This document shows, piece by piece, positions 39,778-48,827 of a stretch of 64,000 nt of DNA (positions within the stretch are counted from its first letter, which is position 1; every line of letters starts with the position of its first letter). A program made the translations under genes and the position numbers. The DNA lies in contig CAZEJB010000006.1 in the NCBI GenBank assembly GCA_964512635.1, positions 1,500 through 65,499 of the forward strand, written 5' to 3'. The notes below the pieces were generated by a model that did no database searches, had not been told where the DNA came from, and saw only the letters and a program-made list of their open reading frames with translations. Source of the DNA: an uncultured Planctomycetales bacterium. GTDB lineage: Bacteria > 4484-113 > JAFGCY01.

Positions 39778-40638
39778 ATGAGTTTACTGACCCCCATTGC
39801 CAAAAGCCCGCTGCTCTGGATGGTCCTGGTCGCAGGCGCCGCCGTCTTTGTCTGGTCGGCAGCGGCTCGCACCAACCATGAAGCGGCTGAAGCCGCCGCC
39901 AAGGAGGATTCCGTGCTTTTTTCCTGCCCTGCTGCCCCAAAAGATGCACAGCTCGCAGCGACTCTGCCTGCTACGGCGCCGATCGATGCCGCGCAGCCGG
40001 AGCACTTTGAGACGGCAAGTTTCGCGCTTGGCTGATTCTGGGGCCCTGACTCCCAGTTTGGGGGTCTTGACGGAGTGATCCGTACCCGCGTTGGCTATAT
40101 GGGTGGTGCCAAGCAGCGACCGACCTATCACAGCCTTGGCGACCATACCGAGAGCATTGAGATTGACTTCGACCCCGGCAAGATCAGCTATGAAGAGCTG
40201 GTACGCCAGTTCTTTGCCGCGCACTTTGCCGGGAGGCCGCCGTACAGCCGGCAGTATCGCAGCGCGGTCTTCTATCACAGCGACGCACAGCGCGAAACCG
40301 TGCAGCAGGTGATGGCGGAGCTGGAGCGCAGCAGCGGCAGCCTGTATACAGCGGTGGAGCCAGCGGGGACATTCTGGCTGGCCGAAGACTATCACCAGAA
40401 GTACTACCTGAAGCACGACCGGGTGTTCAGTCGCGAGATCAAAAGGCTGTTTGGCAACGATGAAGAAGCCCTGATCAACAGCACGGCTGCAGCGCGCCTG
40501 AGCGGTCTGGTCGGCGGTTACGCACCGGCGTCGCTGCGCGCCGAGAACATCAGCGATCTTGGCCTGAGCCCGGAAGGCGAAAAGCACGCGCTGGACATGC
40601 TGAGCGGCTCAGTCCGGCCTCAGATTATGTGTAAGTAG
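39778..40638 (+). CDS. msrA: peptide methionine sulfoxide reductase MsrA with signal peptide; in-frame TGA (40033-40035) at the catalytic Cys position: selenocysteine candidate or pseudogene
   Basis: Track ORFs 39778..40035 and 40075..40638 share one frame split only by TGA. Translation reads …FETASFALG-TGA-FWGPDSQFGGLDGVIRTRVGYMGG…, which is the MsrA GCFWG active site with Cys replaced by the TGA codon. Small hairpin 3 nt after the TGA (CTGGGG-ccctgac-TCCCAG). Confidence 0.65.
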
Positions 40639-40653
40639 CTCTTTCCAGCCGCT

Positions 40654-41064
40654 TCAAAAGCCCCACAAGCTGGGTGTGGCGAACTCCAGGCTGTTCCCGG
40701 CGGGATCACGAAAGTAGATGCTGCGGCCACCGCTGGGCCAGACATGCTCGTGCTCAATCGGGATAGATTCGCCCAGCAGCCATTGGCGGCGCTGGTCATA
40801 GTCCTCGTCCTCGATGCGAAAGCAAAGGTGACCAGGATAGGGACCACCGTGAGTTGCCACCGGCAGCCCGGCCGCAAGGTTCTCTTCCGCCGTGGTGTAG
40901 CGGTAGTCAAAAAGCAGCAGGAGCTGCGAGCCGAGCTTATAAAACGCGTGGCGCCGGGCCCCACGCAGAAATGGCTCGGCGCCAAGCAGCCGGTTGTAGA
41001 AACGCTCGGCGGCGTCGATGTCATCGACATACAGCACTGTTTCGAGGATCGTCAGCGGGCGCAT
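40654..41064 (-). CDS. VOC-family (glyoxalase/bleomycin-resistance fold) protein
   Basis: 136 aa. …LGAEPFLRGARRHAFYKLGSQLLLLFD…GHLCFRIEDEDYDQ…SIYFRDPAGNSLEF. Confidence 0.8.
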   Translation of the reverse strand: MRPLTILETVLYVDDIDAAERFYNRLLGAEPFLRGARRHAFYKLGSQLLLLFDYRYTTAEENLAAGLPVATHGGPYPGHLCFRIEDEDYDQRRQWLLGESIPIEHEHVWPSGGRSIYFRDPAGNSLEFATPSLWGF

Positions 41065-41359
41065 GGGAAAAGAGTAGCGCGGGTCAGGGGGTTACGCCGC
41101 GCGCCTGTTTCTGGTAGATTATTGCAGCGATGAAAAGTTCGCCATCAGGTCGTTTGCAGCGTTCCTGCCACCTGACCCCACTGCTCAGATGGGGTTGGCA
41201 GGACGATTCGCGCGACCCGCTTAACCCAAACCTCCCCGGCCTGGTCCCGCAAAAGATCCCCGGCGGCTAAGTTCCTTTCTACCAGTTGGCCGCAGGCTGC
41301 GGCGTTAACACGCAAAGCCCGCCCGTGTGGGCGCGGCGACAGAGCCAAAGGAGGCAGAA

Positions 41360-42706
41360 ATGAGCAATGAGCACCAGAAGAAGCAGTTTAACAAGGGCGT
41401 GCCAAGCGCGGACTTTGAGTACCTCTTCGATGCTGATCCGGATGACGCGACCAGCGAGCGGATCCTGGCCGAGACCTTCAGCAACTACCACGACCACCTC
41501 AACCCCGGCTTCATCGCCTTCAAGCGCAGCGCGAAGCTGGACAGCCATGGCGTGGAGTGGCGCGGTGAAGGCTGTTATATGTACGACATCCATGGCCACC
41601 GCTTCCTGGACTGTCTGGGAGGCTATGGCGTCTTCACCCTGGGACACCGCCATCCGCATGTGATCAAGCGCGTGCAGCAGACCATGGAGCGTATCGGGAT
41701 GTACAGCCAGGAGCTGCTGAACCCTCTGCAGGCCGTGCTGGCCCGTGAGATCAGCCTGCGGGCGCCCGGCGACCTGCAGTATGTCTATTACCACTGCGGA
41801 GGCGGCGAGAGCAACGATGCGGCGCTGAAGCTGGCCCGTCTTTCCACCGGCCGCTTCAAGCACGTGAGCTTCAGCAACGCCTTCCACGGTAAGACCATGG
41901 GCGCGCTGACCGCTACCAACCGCCCGCGGATCCAGCGTCCCTTTGAGCCGCTGATCCCCGGTTTCAGCGTGGCCCGCTATAACGAGATCGAAGATGTTGA
42001 GCGGCTGGTCCAGGACGACACCGCCAGCGTGATCGTTGAAGCGGTTCAGGGCGAGGGCGGCATCATCCCGGGCCACAAGGAGTTCCTGCAGGCGATCCGC
42101 CGGCGCTGCGACGAGACCGGCGCGCTGATGCATGTTGACGAGGTACAGAGTGGCTGGGGCCGCAGTGGCCGCCTGTTCTGCATCGAGCACTTCGACGTCA
42201 ATCCGGATATCGTGACGCTGGGCAAGGCGCTGGGCGGCGGCATGTTCCCGCACAGCGCGCTGATCGCCAACAAGAAGGCCTTTGGCCGCATGGCCGAGAA
42301 TCCCTGGTGGCTGACCAATACCTTCGCCGGCAGCCAGCTGGGCTGCGCCGCGGCGCTGGCCACGCTGGAGGTTTATGAGCAGGAGAACCTGGTGGCGCAG
42401 TGCCGCGACAAGGGCGCCTGGCTTAAGGACAAGCTGAGCGAGATGGTGCAGCGCTATCCGGGGCACGTTAAGGAAGTCCGCGGTCTGGGCCTGTGGATCG
42501 GCTTCGAGCTCCACACTCCCGAACTTGGCACCCGGATGGCCGACGAACTCTTCAAGCGCGACATCTTGGTAGCACAGACCATCAACAACCCGACGACCCT
42601 GCGCTTCCAGCCGCCCTTCATCATCGACCAGGAGCAGATGGACACGATCATCGGCGCCGTCGAGAGCAGCATTGGCGTGCTGGAAAAGAACCCGGTGGGG
42701 ATGTAA
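41360..42706 (+). CDS. class-III (PLP-dependent) aminotransferase, putrescine/acetylornithine-aminotransferase-like
   Basis: AGGAGG plus ATG (MSNEHQ). …LGHRHPHVIKRVQQ…HVDEVQSGWGRSGRLFCIEHFDVNPDIVTLGKALGGGMFP…. Confidence 0.85.
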   Translation: MSNEHQKKQFNKGVPSADFEYLFDADPDDATSERILAETFSNYHDHLNPGFIAFKRSAKLDSHGVEWRGEGCYMYDIHGHRFLDCLGGYGVFTLGHRHPHVIKRVQQTMERIGMYSQELLNPLQAVLAREISLRAPGDLQYVYYHCGGGESNDAALKLARLSTGRFKHVSFSNAFHGKTMGALTATNRPRIQRPFEPLIPGFSVARYNEIEDVERLVQDDTASVIVEAVQGEGGIIPGHKEFLQAIRRRCDETGALMHVDEVQSGWGRSGRLFCIEHFDVNPDIVTLGKALGGGMFPHSALIANKKAFGRMAENPWWLTNTFAGSQLGCAAALATLEVYEQENLVAQCRDKGAWLKDKLSEMVQRYPGHVKEVRGLGLWIGFELHTPELGTRMADELFKRDILVAQTINNPTTLRFQPPFIIDQEQMDTIIGAVESSIGVLEKNPVGM

Positions 42707-42746
42707 GCGAGACTCGAGGCAGCAGGTAGAAGGCTTAAGCGGAATG

Positions 42747-42780
42747 TCTGAACAACCAAGGGGGCGCTGACTTGCGCCCC
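42747..42780 (+). terminator. hairpin terminator after the aminotransferase
   Basis: Perfect 11-bp stem CAAGGGGGCGC/GCGCCCCCTTG with a 6-nt loop. Confidence 0.5.
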
Positions 42781-42856
42781 CTTGCGTTAAGCCACATTGC
42801 GTGCTGAGTTACACTTTGTTTAGGGTTCAACAGAATCACCGAGCAGGAGGAATTGA

Positions 42857-43414
42857 ATGACCTGGAGGTTAACCTGTTTCGCAGCTGCAGCATGGCTGGG
42901 AGTTGTTTCAATGCTAATCCTCAATTGTCCGGTCTGCGCTTTGGCCACCGACGAAGAGGTTGGCAGCGTCTCCAAAGGCGATGACCCCCGAGATGCTTCA
43001 GTTCTGACTGCCGAAGAGACGGCAAATCTTCGCGCAACGGAAGAATTTTTCGAAATGCTCTTTTGTAGAGAAGTCGATAGTGCGACTACCCTTCTGGCTG
43101 AAGATCTATTCTGGTGCGTGCCTTCCTCTCAAGAGAGTTTACCTGCGCATGGGATTTGGCACGGCAAGCAGGGTTTCTTAGAATGGACTCGAGATTTTGA
43201 CGAGCACTGGATTGCGGAAAAGGGACTTGTAAGCGGAATATGGCCCTCCGAAAACACAGTGATCGCATACTTCGTTGTTGATTGCACAGCCAGGAGTACT
43301 GGAAAGGACTTTCACGATTCCGGACTTGCTATGTTGAGCTATGAAGACGGTAAGCTTGTGAGCCTGCTTGGTTACCACGACTCCGCATCGTCAAGCTGGT
43401 CCTTGCAACCCTAA
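42857..43414 (+). CDS. secreted SnoaL/NTF2-like domain protein (paralog 1)
   Basis: 185 aa. Signal peptide. Ends …SSWSLQP, like 44904..45437. Local GC content well below the window average. Confidence 0.65.
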   Translation: MTWRLTCFAAAAWLGVVSMLILNCPVCALATDEEVGSVSKGDDPRDASVLTAEETANLRATEEFFEMLFCREVDSATTLLAEDLFWCVPSSQESLPAHGIWHGKQGFLEWTRDFDEHWIAEKGLVSGIWPSENTVIAYFVVDCTARSTGKDFHDSGLAMLSYEDGKLVSLLGYHDSASSSWSLQP

Positions 43415-43589
43415 ACTCCATTGTTTCGACTGTCTAAGGGCACGCTTCTTGGAACTCTAAACAAGCTGGATTCAGCACATCCATTGCGTTGACTATGTGC
43501 ATTTGAAGCGATCTTGTTTAAGCTGGATGTAGGTCGAGACTGCGCCAGTGGCGGCTAGGAATCTGCCTGACACTTGAATCGAAACAACA

Positions 43590-43617
43590 GAGGCGCTGCA
43601 CCTGCCTCTTTCTTTTG
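43590..43617 (+). terminator. hairpin plus T-tract in the low-GC spacer
   Basis: AGAGGC-gctgcacct-GCCTCT followed by TTCTTTTGG. Confidence 0.4.
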
Positions 43618-43748
43618 GTATGGCCGCGAGTATCCTCGATAGACTGTTCGGCAGTGCATGGAGCCTTTCTGGTCAGTGACCGGATCGCCAGCATGTGCAG
43701 GTTTGGGATCGCTGATAGGCCTTGCTTTCACACAAGTCCACCGGCGGC

Positions 43749-44207
43749 TCAGAGCTTCTTTTCATGAGTTGCCGGCGGTGGGCGGAGGCTGATCGCGGTC
43801 ACGTCGCCGATCGACTGCATGACTGCCTGGAATCCGCTCAACTGTGCTTCACTTAGTCCAGCCAGTACGGCTGCCTCAAGCTTCAGATGCAGCCTGCGCA
43901 GCTTCTCCGCCATCCGCCGGCCCGGCGGCCGCAGCTGCACCAGCCAGGAGCGGCGGTCGCGCGGGTTTGCGCTGCGCGCCAACAACCCGCGGGCCTCAAG
44001 GCGGTCGAGCATGGAGGTCAAGGTGGAGGGTTGGAGCCCCAGCACCCGGCTTAGTTCACCAGCTGTCCGCGGACCCGCGCCCTGCACGTAGCCAAGCAAG
44101 TGGGCCTCAATGCTGCTGATACTGAACTGGCGGCAGTTCTCCCCCATACGCAGCTCCACCTGGCGGCAAGCCTTGTGAAGCTGCGAGAAGATCCTGAAGC
44201 TGCTCAT
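43749..44207 (-). CDS. MarR-family transcriptional regulator
   Basis: …IEAHLLGYVQGAGPRTAGELSRVLGLQPSTLTSMLDRLEARGLLARSANPRDRRSWLVQL… Start uncertain (44207 or 44147). Confidence 0.7.
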   Translation of the reverse strand: MSSFRIFSQLHKACRQVELRMGENCRQFSISSIEAHLLGYVQGAGPRTAGELSRVLGLQPSTLTSMLDRLEARGLLARSANPRDRRSWLVQLRPPGRRMAEKLRRLHLKLEAAVLAGLSEAQLSGFQAVMQSIGDVTAISLRPPPATHEKKL

Positions 44208-44211
44208 TCGC

Positions 44212-44727
44212 CTAGATCTGCAGCCCGGATGGCATACCAAGTGCGCGGCGCGCCAGTCCGAGCTGACCTACATGGTAGGCCTCATGAAACAGAAGTGTTG
44301 TCATCAGCGTAGCCAAGGTGGGCTGCTCAACGGGCATAGGGAACATCGCTGGGTCTATCTGTTGCTCAAAGTCAGCGTCCTCCATCAAAGAGAGTCTCGC
44401 CATGACTTTGGCGTGTGATTCATGCAGACCAGTTAGAAGCCGCTCGAGCGGCTGACCCGGATTGCTCTGGCTGGGCGGGGCGCTGCCCTGCAGGTAGGGC
44501 TGAGCTTCTTCAGCTTGCAGGAAGGCAGTGTGCTCACCCAGCGCACCAAGAACTGCCGAACGGGAGCTGAGCAGATGACCGGCGATCCAGTTCATGCAGT
44601 TGCCGGCATTGCCTGCCACAGCAAGGCTATCGGCCTGGCTGACATCTTTCAGGTTGGCCATCAGCACCATCTGGGCGACCCCAAAGCCATGTTTGTACTG
44701 CTCGCTGAGCATTCCTCGAACCTCCAT
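44212..44727 (-). CDS. DinB-family (DinB_2 / metal-dependent hydrolase-like) protein
   Basis: …MNWIAGHLLSSR… and …LLFHEAYHVGQLGLARRALG. Confidence 0.7.
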   Translation of the reverse strand: MEVRGMLSEQYKHGFGVAQMVLMANLKDVSQADSLAVAGNAGNCMNWIAGHLLSSRSAVLGALGEHTAFLQAEEAQPYLQGSAPPSQSNPGQPLERLLTGLHESHAKVMARLSLMEDADFEQQIDPAMFPMPVEQPTLATLMTTLLFHEAYHVGQLGLARRALGMPSGLQI

Positions 44728-44903
44728 TTACTACGCTTTCGTATTATACTAGATCGTACTTTGATCTGATCTGTGACTTGCTGTCCTCCTCTGCTGGATG
44801 AGGAACCTCGCGGCAGCCCCCCTGGTCTAAGCGACTGTTGAAGCAGCAGGCATTCGCTGCCAAGGGAGTCTTCTTTGTGGCGTGCTCGTCTAAGGAGAAG
44901 CTG

Positions 44904-45437
44904 ATGTTCAGATTCGCACTTGTTCTGGGACTGCTGGCTCTGGGGGCTCTGCTGGTCATGAACCTGAGTGTCATGACCGCCAACGCTCAGTACTCAAACA
45001 CTTCAGATGCAGATATCAACCCCGATCACAGTCTTGAGGAACAGCAGAATGTTGAGGCGGCAAAGAACCTCATTCAAACCTTTGCTTCAGGCGACCGGGA
45101 CTACCTGCTTGGTGCGATCTCACGGGATGTCATCTGGGAGGTCAAGGGCGCGCCCATGCAGCTGCCGACACATGGAATCTGGAAAGGCAGTAATGGTCTG
45201 ATCGCCCTGCTGGATACAAGCGACGGGCTGTGGCGAACCGAGAGCTTCCAGGCAGACGGCATCTGGGCGGACGGGCGTGTAGTTGTTGTACGCGGCCGCG
45301 AAACAGATGCTGCAATATCAACGGGCAAGCACTTCGAACAGAACTGGGTCCTGATTCTGACTTTCTATGAAGGCAAGGTTACACATGGTGAAATCTATGG
45401 CGACAGCGGCGCCCAGCTCTGGTCGCTGCAGCCCTGA
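44904..45437 (+). CDS. secreted SnoaL/NTF2-like domain protein (paralog 2)
   Basis: AAGGAG plus ATG (MFRFALVLGLLALGALLVMNLSVMTANA). Ends …AQLWSLQP. Confidence 0.65.
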   Translation: MFRFALVLGLLALGALLVMNLSVMTANAQYSNTSDADINPDHSLEEQQNVEAAKNLIQTFASGDRDYLLGAISRDVIWEVKGAPMQLPTHGIWKGSNGLIALLDTSDGLWRTESFQADGIWADGRVVVVRGRETDAAISTGKHFEQNWVLILTFYEGKVTHGEIYGDSGAQLWSLQP

Positions 45438-45494
45438 GCTGCTAGCAGCGCCAAACCCCAGCGCAGACAGGAGCGATGCGTTACACTCTGCGCG

Positions 45495-45842
45495 ATGCTG
45501 AAAAAGATCACGGATGATGCGGGCGCCTGGGCGCTGTGGAAAGGGCTGGACTGGGCCTTTGAGCGCTACTTCGCGCATTACTTCAGCACGCGGCAGGAGC
45601 TCCATCCGGAACTGGCTCGCAGCACAGCAGGGCTTTCGGAAGAGCATATGGACGCGCTGCTGCAGCTTGGTCGCGAGGGCAGCCCGCTGCGCCAGCACGT
45701 TGAAGAAATCCTGGCCCAGGAGTACCCTGACTTCGAAACTGCTGCCGACGATCTCAGCCGCCGCCTTGAAAGCCTGACCCGACCCGAAGCAGAGGTGTTG
45801 GTGGCACTGATGCTGCTGGGCAAGGGCGCGCAGCCAGCTTAG
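45495..45842 (+). CDS. hypothetical protein
   Basis: 115-aa ORF with a coding-like GC3 bias and no recognisable domain. Confidence 0.45.
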   Translation: MLKKITDDAGAWALWKGLDWAFERYFAHYFSTRQELHPELARSTAGLSEEHMDALLQLGREGSPLRQHVEEILAQEYPDFETAADDLSRRLESLTRPEAEVLVALMLLGKGAQPA

Positions 45843-45961
45843 GCTTTGAGACTTGACCAGGAACAGCTGGTCTACTGCAAAGCACTATCCGGCCGGCGCC
45901 ACCCCTGTTAATCCGTGTGACTTCAAGAGCCAGGACCGCTGCGCAGGATGCAAGCGTGCGC

Positions 45962-46192
45962 TTAGGCCGCAGCGCCACTGAAGCGCAGAATGAGCTGGAC
46001 GACCGCGCAGGCACCAACCAGGGCATAGACCACGCGGCTGATCAGGCTGTACTCATAGCGCGACTTATCGGCGGGCGGAAAGATAGTCCGTACGAGGTCG
46101 AAGTTCAGCCAGCCCACGAGTCCCCAGTTGACTGCACCGATGATAACAAGGACGAAGGTGATCAGGTCCAAGGCCTGCATTTTGATCTCCAA
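45962..46192 (-). CDS. DUF378-family small membrane protein
   Basis: …ITFVLVIIGAVNWGLVGWLNFDLV… 76 aa. Confidence 0.65.
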   Translation of the reverse strand: MEIKMQALDLITFVLVIIGAVNWGLVGWLNFDLVRTIFPPADKSRYEYSLISRVVYALVGACAVVQLILRFSGAAA

Positions 46193-46362
46193 GCTTTGTT
46201 AGTCGGACGAAGCATCGTCCGCTGAACAGAGCTACCGGCTCTTTGCGCCGGGCTGTCTGGACCTGCAGCAAGCTTGGCACAATCTTGTTACTTTCTGCAA
46301 AGCCGCTCGGCTGCAAGGGCTAGACTGGCCCTGCGCCGAGTTTGCAAGGCGCAGGATGCTGG

Positions 46363-48018
46363 ATGTCCTCCTTTTCAAAACAGCCGGTCATCGTCTGGTT
46401 GCGCATTGGCGACCTCCGCCTTGCCGACAATCCCGCCCTGCATGCCCTGGCCGGCTGGTCGGCGAGCGGGCGCCCTTGCATCCCAGTTTATGTCCATGAA
46501 GAGCGGCAAGCCGCATCGGAGCATGCACCGGGAGCAGCCAGCCGCTGGTGGCTGCACGAGAACCTGCAGGCTCTCGATGCCCAGCTCCAGTCTCTTGGAG
46601 CAAGGCTGATCCTGCGCCGAACTGCGGGCCGCAGTTCAGATGAACTTCTGGCCCTGGCAGAAGAGTGCGGTGCCAGTGCGATCTTCTGGAATGGCGGGTC
46701 AGCTTCGATCCAGAGCAGCGATGAGCGCTGGTTGTGCAAGGCTCTGGAGATGCGCGGCATAGGCAGGAACTGCCATGCCGACAACCGGCTGTTCAGTCCA
46801 ACTGAGATCTTCACAGCCAGCGGCAAGCCCTTTCAGGTGTTCACGCCTTTCTATAAGGCCTGTCTGCGCCTGCTTGAGGAACGGGCAGCAGGTGGAATCG
46901 ATCTGCTGGACGCCTTGCCGGCTCCGCTGTCGCTGCCGCTGGCCGCTCCCTTAGATGACTCCGGCAGCCGACCCCGCACGCTGGCACTGAAAGATCTAAA
47001 CCTGCTGCCGAGCAGGGACTGGTACGGCGGCATGGCCGAGCACTGGCAGCCTGGCGAGCATGGAGCTGAACTGGCCGTACAGCGCTTTCTGGCCTCCCGC
47101 GGGCCGGCTTTGTATCCCGAGCAGCGCGACTTTCCGGCGACCGAAGGTACGTCCAAGCTGAGTCCGTATCTGCACTTCGGCAATCTGACCGCCCGGCAGC
47201 TTTGGCGCAGTTGCCGCCTGTGGCAGCAGGCCAGCGGGATTGCGCTCAGTGGTCTGGCGGCTTCCCCGGAAGGCTGGAAGGAGCGCGACGCACACCCTTC
47301 GGCAGCCAGCAAGGGTGTGGAGGCTTTCCTGCGTCAGCTGATCTGGCGGGAATTCGCTCATCATCTGCTGCATCACTTTCCGCATACAGTGGATCAGCCG
47401 CTGCGCGAGGACTTCGCGGCTTTCCCCTGGGCCCAGCCGGTTGGTGCTGGCGACAGCCCAGAACTGCTGGCCTGGAAGCGCGGCCAGACCGGCTACCCGA
47501 TCGTCGACGCTGCCATGCGCGAGTTGTGGCACACCGGCTGGATGCACAACCGCTGCCGCATGATTGTGGCGAGTTTCCTCTGCAAACATTTGCTGATCCC
47601 CTGGCAGGAAGGGGCGGCCTGGTTCTGGGATACCCTCGTCGATGCGGACCTCGCCAACAACACTTTGGGTTGGCAGTGGGTTGCCGGCTGCGGCGCCGAT
47701 GCCGCACCTTACTTCCGCATATTCAACCCGGTGCTGCAGGGTGAGAAGTTCGACCCGCGCGGGGACTATGTGCGGCGCTGGTGCCCGGAGCTGGCCGCGC
47801 TGCCGGACAAGCTGATTCATGCGCCCTGGACGGCCAGCCCGCTCGAGCTGGCCAGCGCCGGGGTAACGCTGGTGGACAGCCTGCGGGATGCCGAGAAGTT
47901 GCCGGCCCACAAGGTCGGCCCCCTGCCCCAGCCCGGTAGCTACCCGCGGCCAATCGTCGATCACAGCTTCGCCCGGGATCGCGCACTGGCTGCCTATTCC
48001 GCGATCAAGAGGAATTAA
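46363..48018 (+). CDS. deoxyribodipyrimidine photolyase / cryptochrome-family protein
   Basis: …VIVWLRIGDLRLADNPAL… N-terminus and …YFRIFNPVLQGEKFDPRGDYVRRWCPELA… FAD-binding C-terminus. Start taken at the internal MSSFSK. Confidence 0.85.
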   Translation: MSSFSKQPVIVWLRIGDLRLADNPALHALAGWSASGRPCIPVYVHEERQAASEHAPGAASRWWLHENLQALDAQLQSLGARLILRRTAGRSSDELLALAEECGASAIFWNGGSASIQSSDERWLCKALEMRGIGRNCHADNRLFSPTEIFTASGKPFQVFTPFYKACLRLLEERAAGGIDLLDALPAPLSLPLAAPLDDSGSRPRTLALKDLNLLPSRDWYGGMAEHWQPGEHGAELAVQRFLASRGPALYPEQRDFPATEGTSKLSPYLHFGNLTARQLWRSCRLWQQASGIALSGLAASPEGWKERDAHPSAASKGVEAFLRQLIWREFAHHLLHHFPHTVDQPLREDFAAFPWAQPVGAGDSPELLAWKRGQTGYPIVDAAMRELWHTGWMHNRCRMIVASFLCKHLLIPWQEGAAWFWDTLVDADLANNTLGWQWVAGCGADAAPYFRIFNPVLQGEKFDPRGDYVRRWCPELAALPDKLIHAPWTASPLELASAGVTLVDSLRDAEKLPAHKVGPLPQPGSYPRPIVDHSFARDRALAAYSAIKRN

Positions 48019-48058
48019 ACGGGGCCGCGGCGCGGCGGTATGCGATGATCAGCATGAT

Positions 48059-48748
48059 TTGGAAACGCTAATTCAGAAAGAGCACTATGCCCGGCCTTCC
48101 GGCGCGGTCTTTGAAATCCGCCAGTCCGGCTGGAAACAGGAGTTCATAAGCACCGACGCCGCCGGCAATGCCATGCTGCTGGTACGCCGCAACGGCAACG
48201 ATGCCAGCTCGGGCTATGACGCCTATGGCGACAAGCGCGGACGCGAATCGCTCTACCGGGTGCGGCCGAAGGATGCGGAGGCAGTTGACCCGCCGTTTCG
48301 GATCTGCAAGGCGGCGGATCTCAGCAGCCTTGCCGCAGTGATCCAGTTCAAGAGCTCGCGGACACGCCGTGAGTATCGCCTGCAAAACAGCCTCAGCGGC
48401 GCGGTGCTGTTCTTTGCTTCGCAGGAACGCGGCGCGCGCGTGAACAGCATGGGCAATCTCTCCTGGGACGGAATGCTGCAGTTTGGTCCTGTCGACAGTC
48501 CGCCACTGGGCAGTCTGGTCTATAGCCTGAGCGCCTCCCATGCGCCCAAGACAGGCCTGAGCATAGGCACGCTGATAGCTCGACTAAGTCTCGCCCAGGC
48601 GTCCTCCGAGCGAACGCCTGAGCTGCTTTTGCTGCTGACCGCGGTGCATTTTGTGATCTTCCGTGAAACCGTTCTCGGAACCGCGGAGTATGACGAGCTG
48701 ACCCGCTGCGCCCGCAGCGCGCGCGAATCCAGCCCGAAGCTGCCCTGA
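48059..48748 (+). CDS. hypothetical protein
   Basis: Strong GC3 bias. …FEIRQSGWKQEFISTDAAGNAMLLVRRNG… The start codon is uncertain (TTG at 48059 or a downstream ATG). The track ORF 47888 extends back over the photolyase 3' end. Confidence 0.45.
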   Translation: METLIQKEHYARPSGAVFEIRQSGWKQEFISTDAAGNAMLLVRRNGNDASSGYDAYGDKRGRESLYRVRPKDAEAVDPPFRICKAADLSSLAAVIQFKSSRTRREYRLQNSLSGAVLFFASQERGARVNSMGNLSWDGMLQFGPVDSPPLGSLVYSLSASHAPKTGLSIGTLIARLSLAQASSERTPELLLLLTAVHFVIFRETVLGTAEYDELTRCARSARESSPKLP

Positions 48749-48827
48749 TGTTTCAAGAGGGCGAACAAACTCTTTGAGGATTCTTTGAATTGCGGCCGCC
48801 AGCCCAACATATGCGGTAGCATGGCTG

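Noticed and set aside
41279-42514. 411-aa minus-strand ORF
   Set aside because: It is entirely antisense to the well-supported aminotransferase (41360..42706). Its Arg/Ala/Gly-rich composition is typical of a GC-rich shadow frame. The same logic rejects 22368..23558 (antisense to katG), 3004..3969 (antisense to the gene at 1876), 46996..47964 (antisense to the photolyase) and 10868..12079 (antisense to paralog 3)
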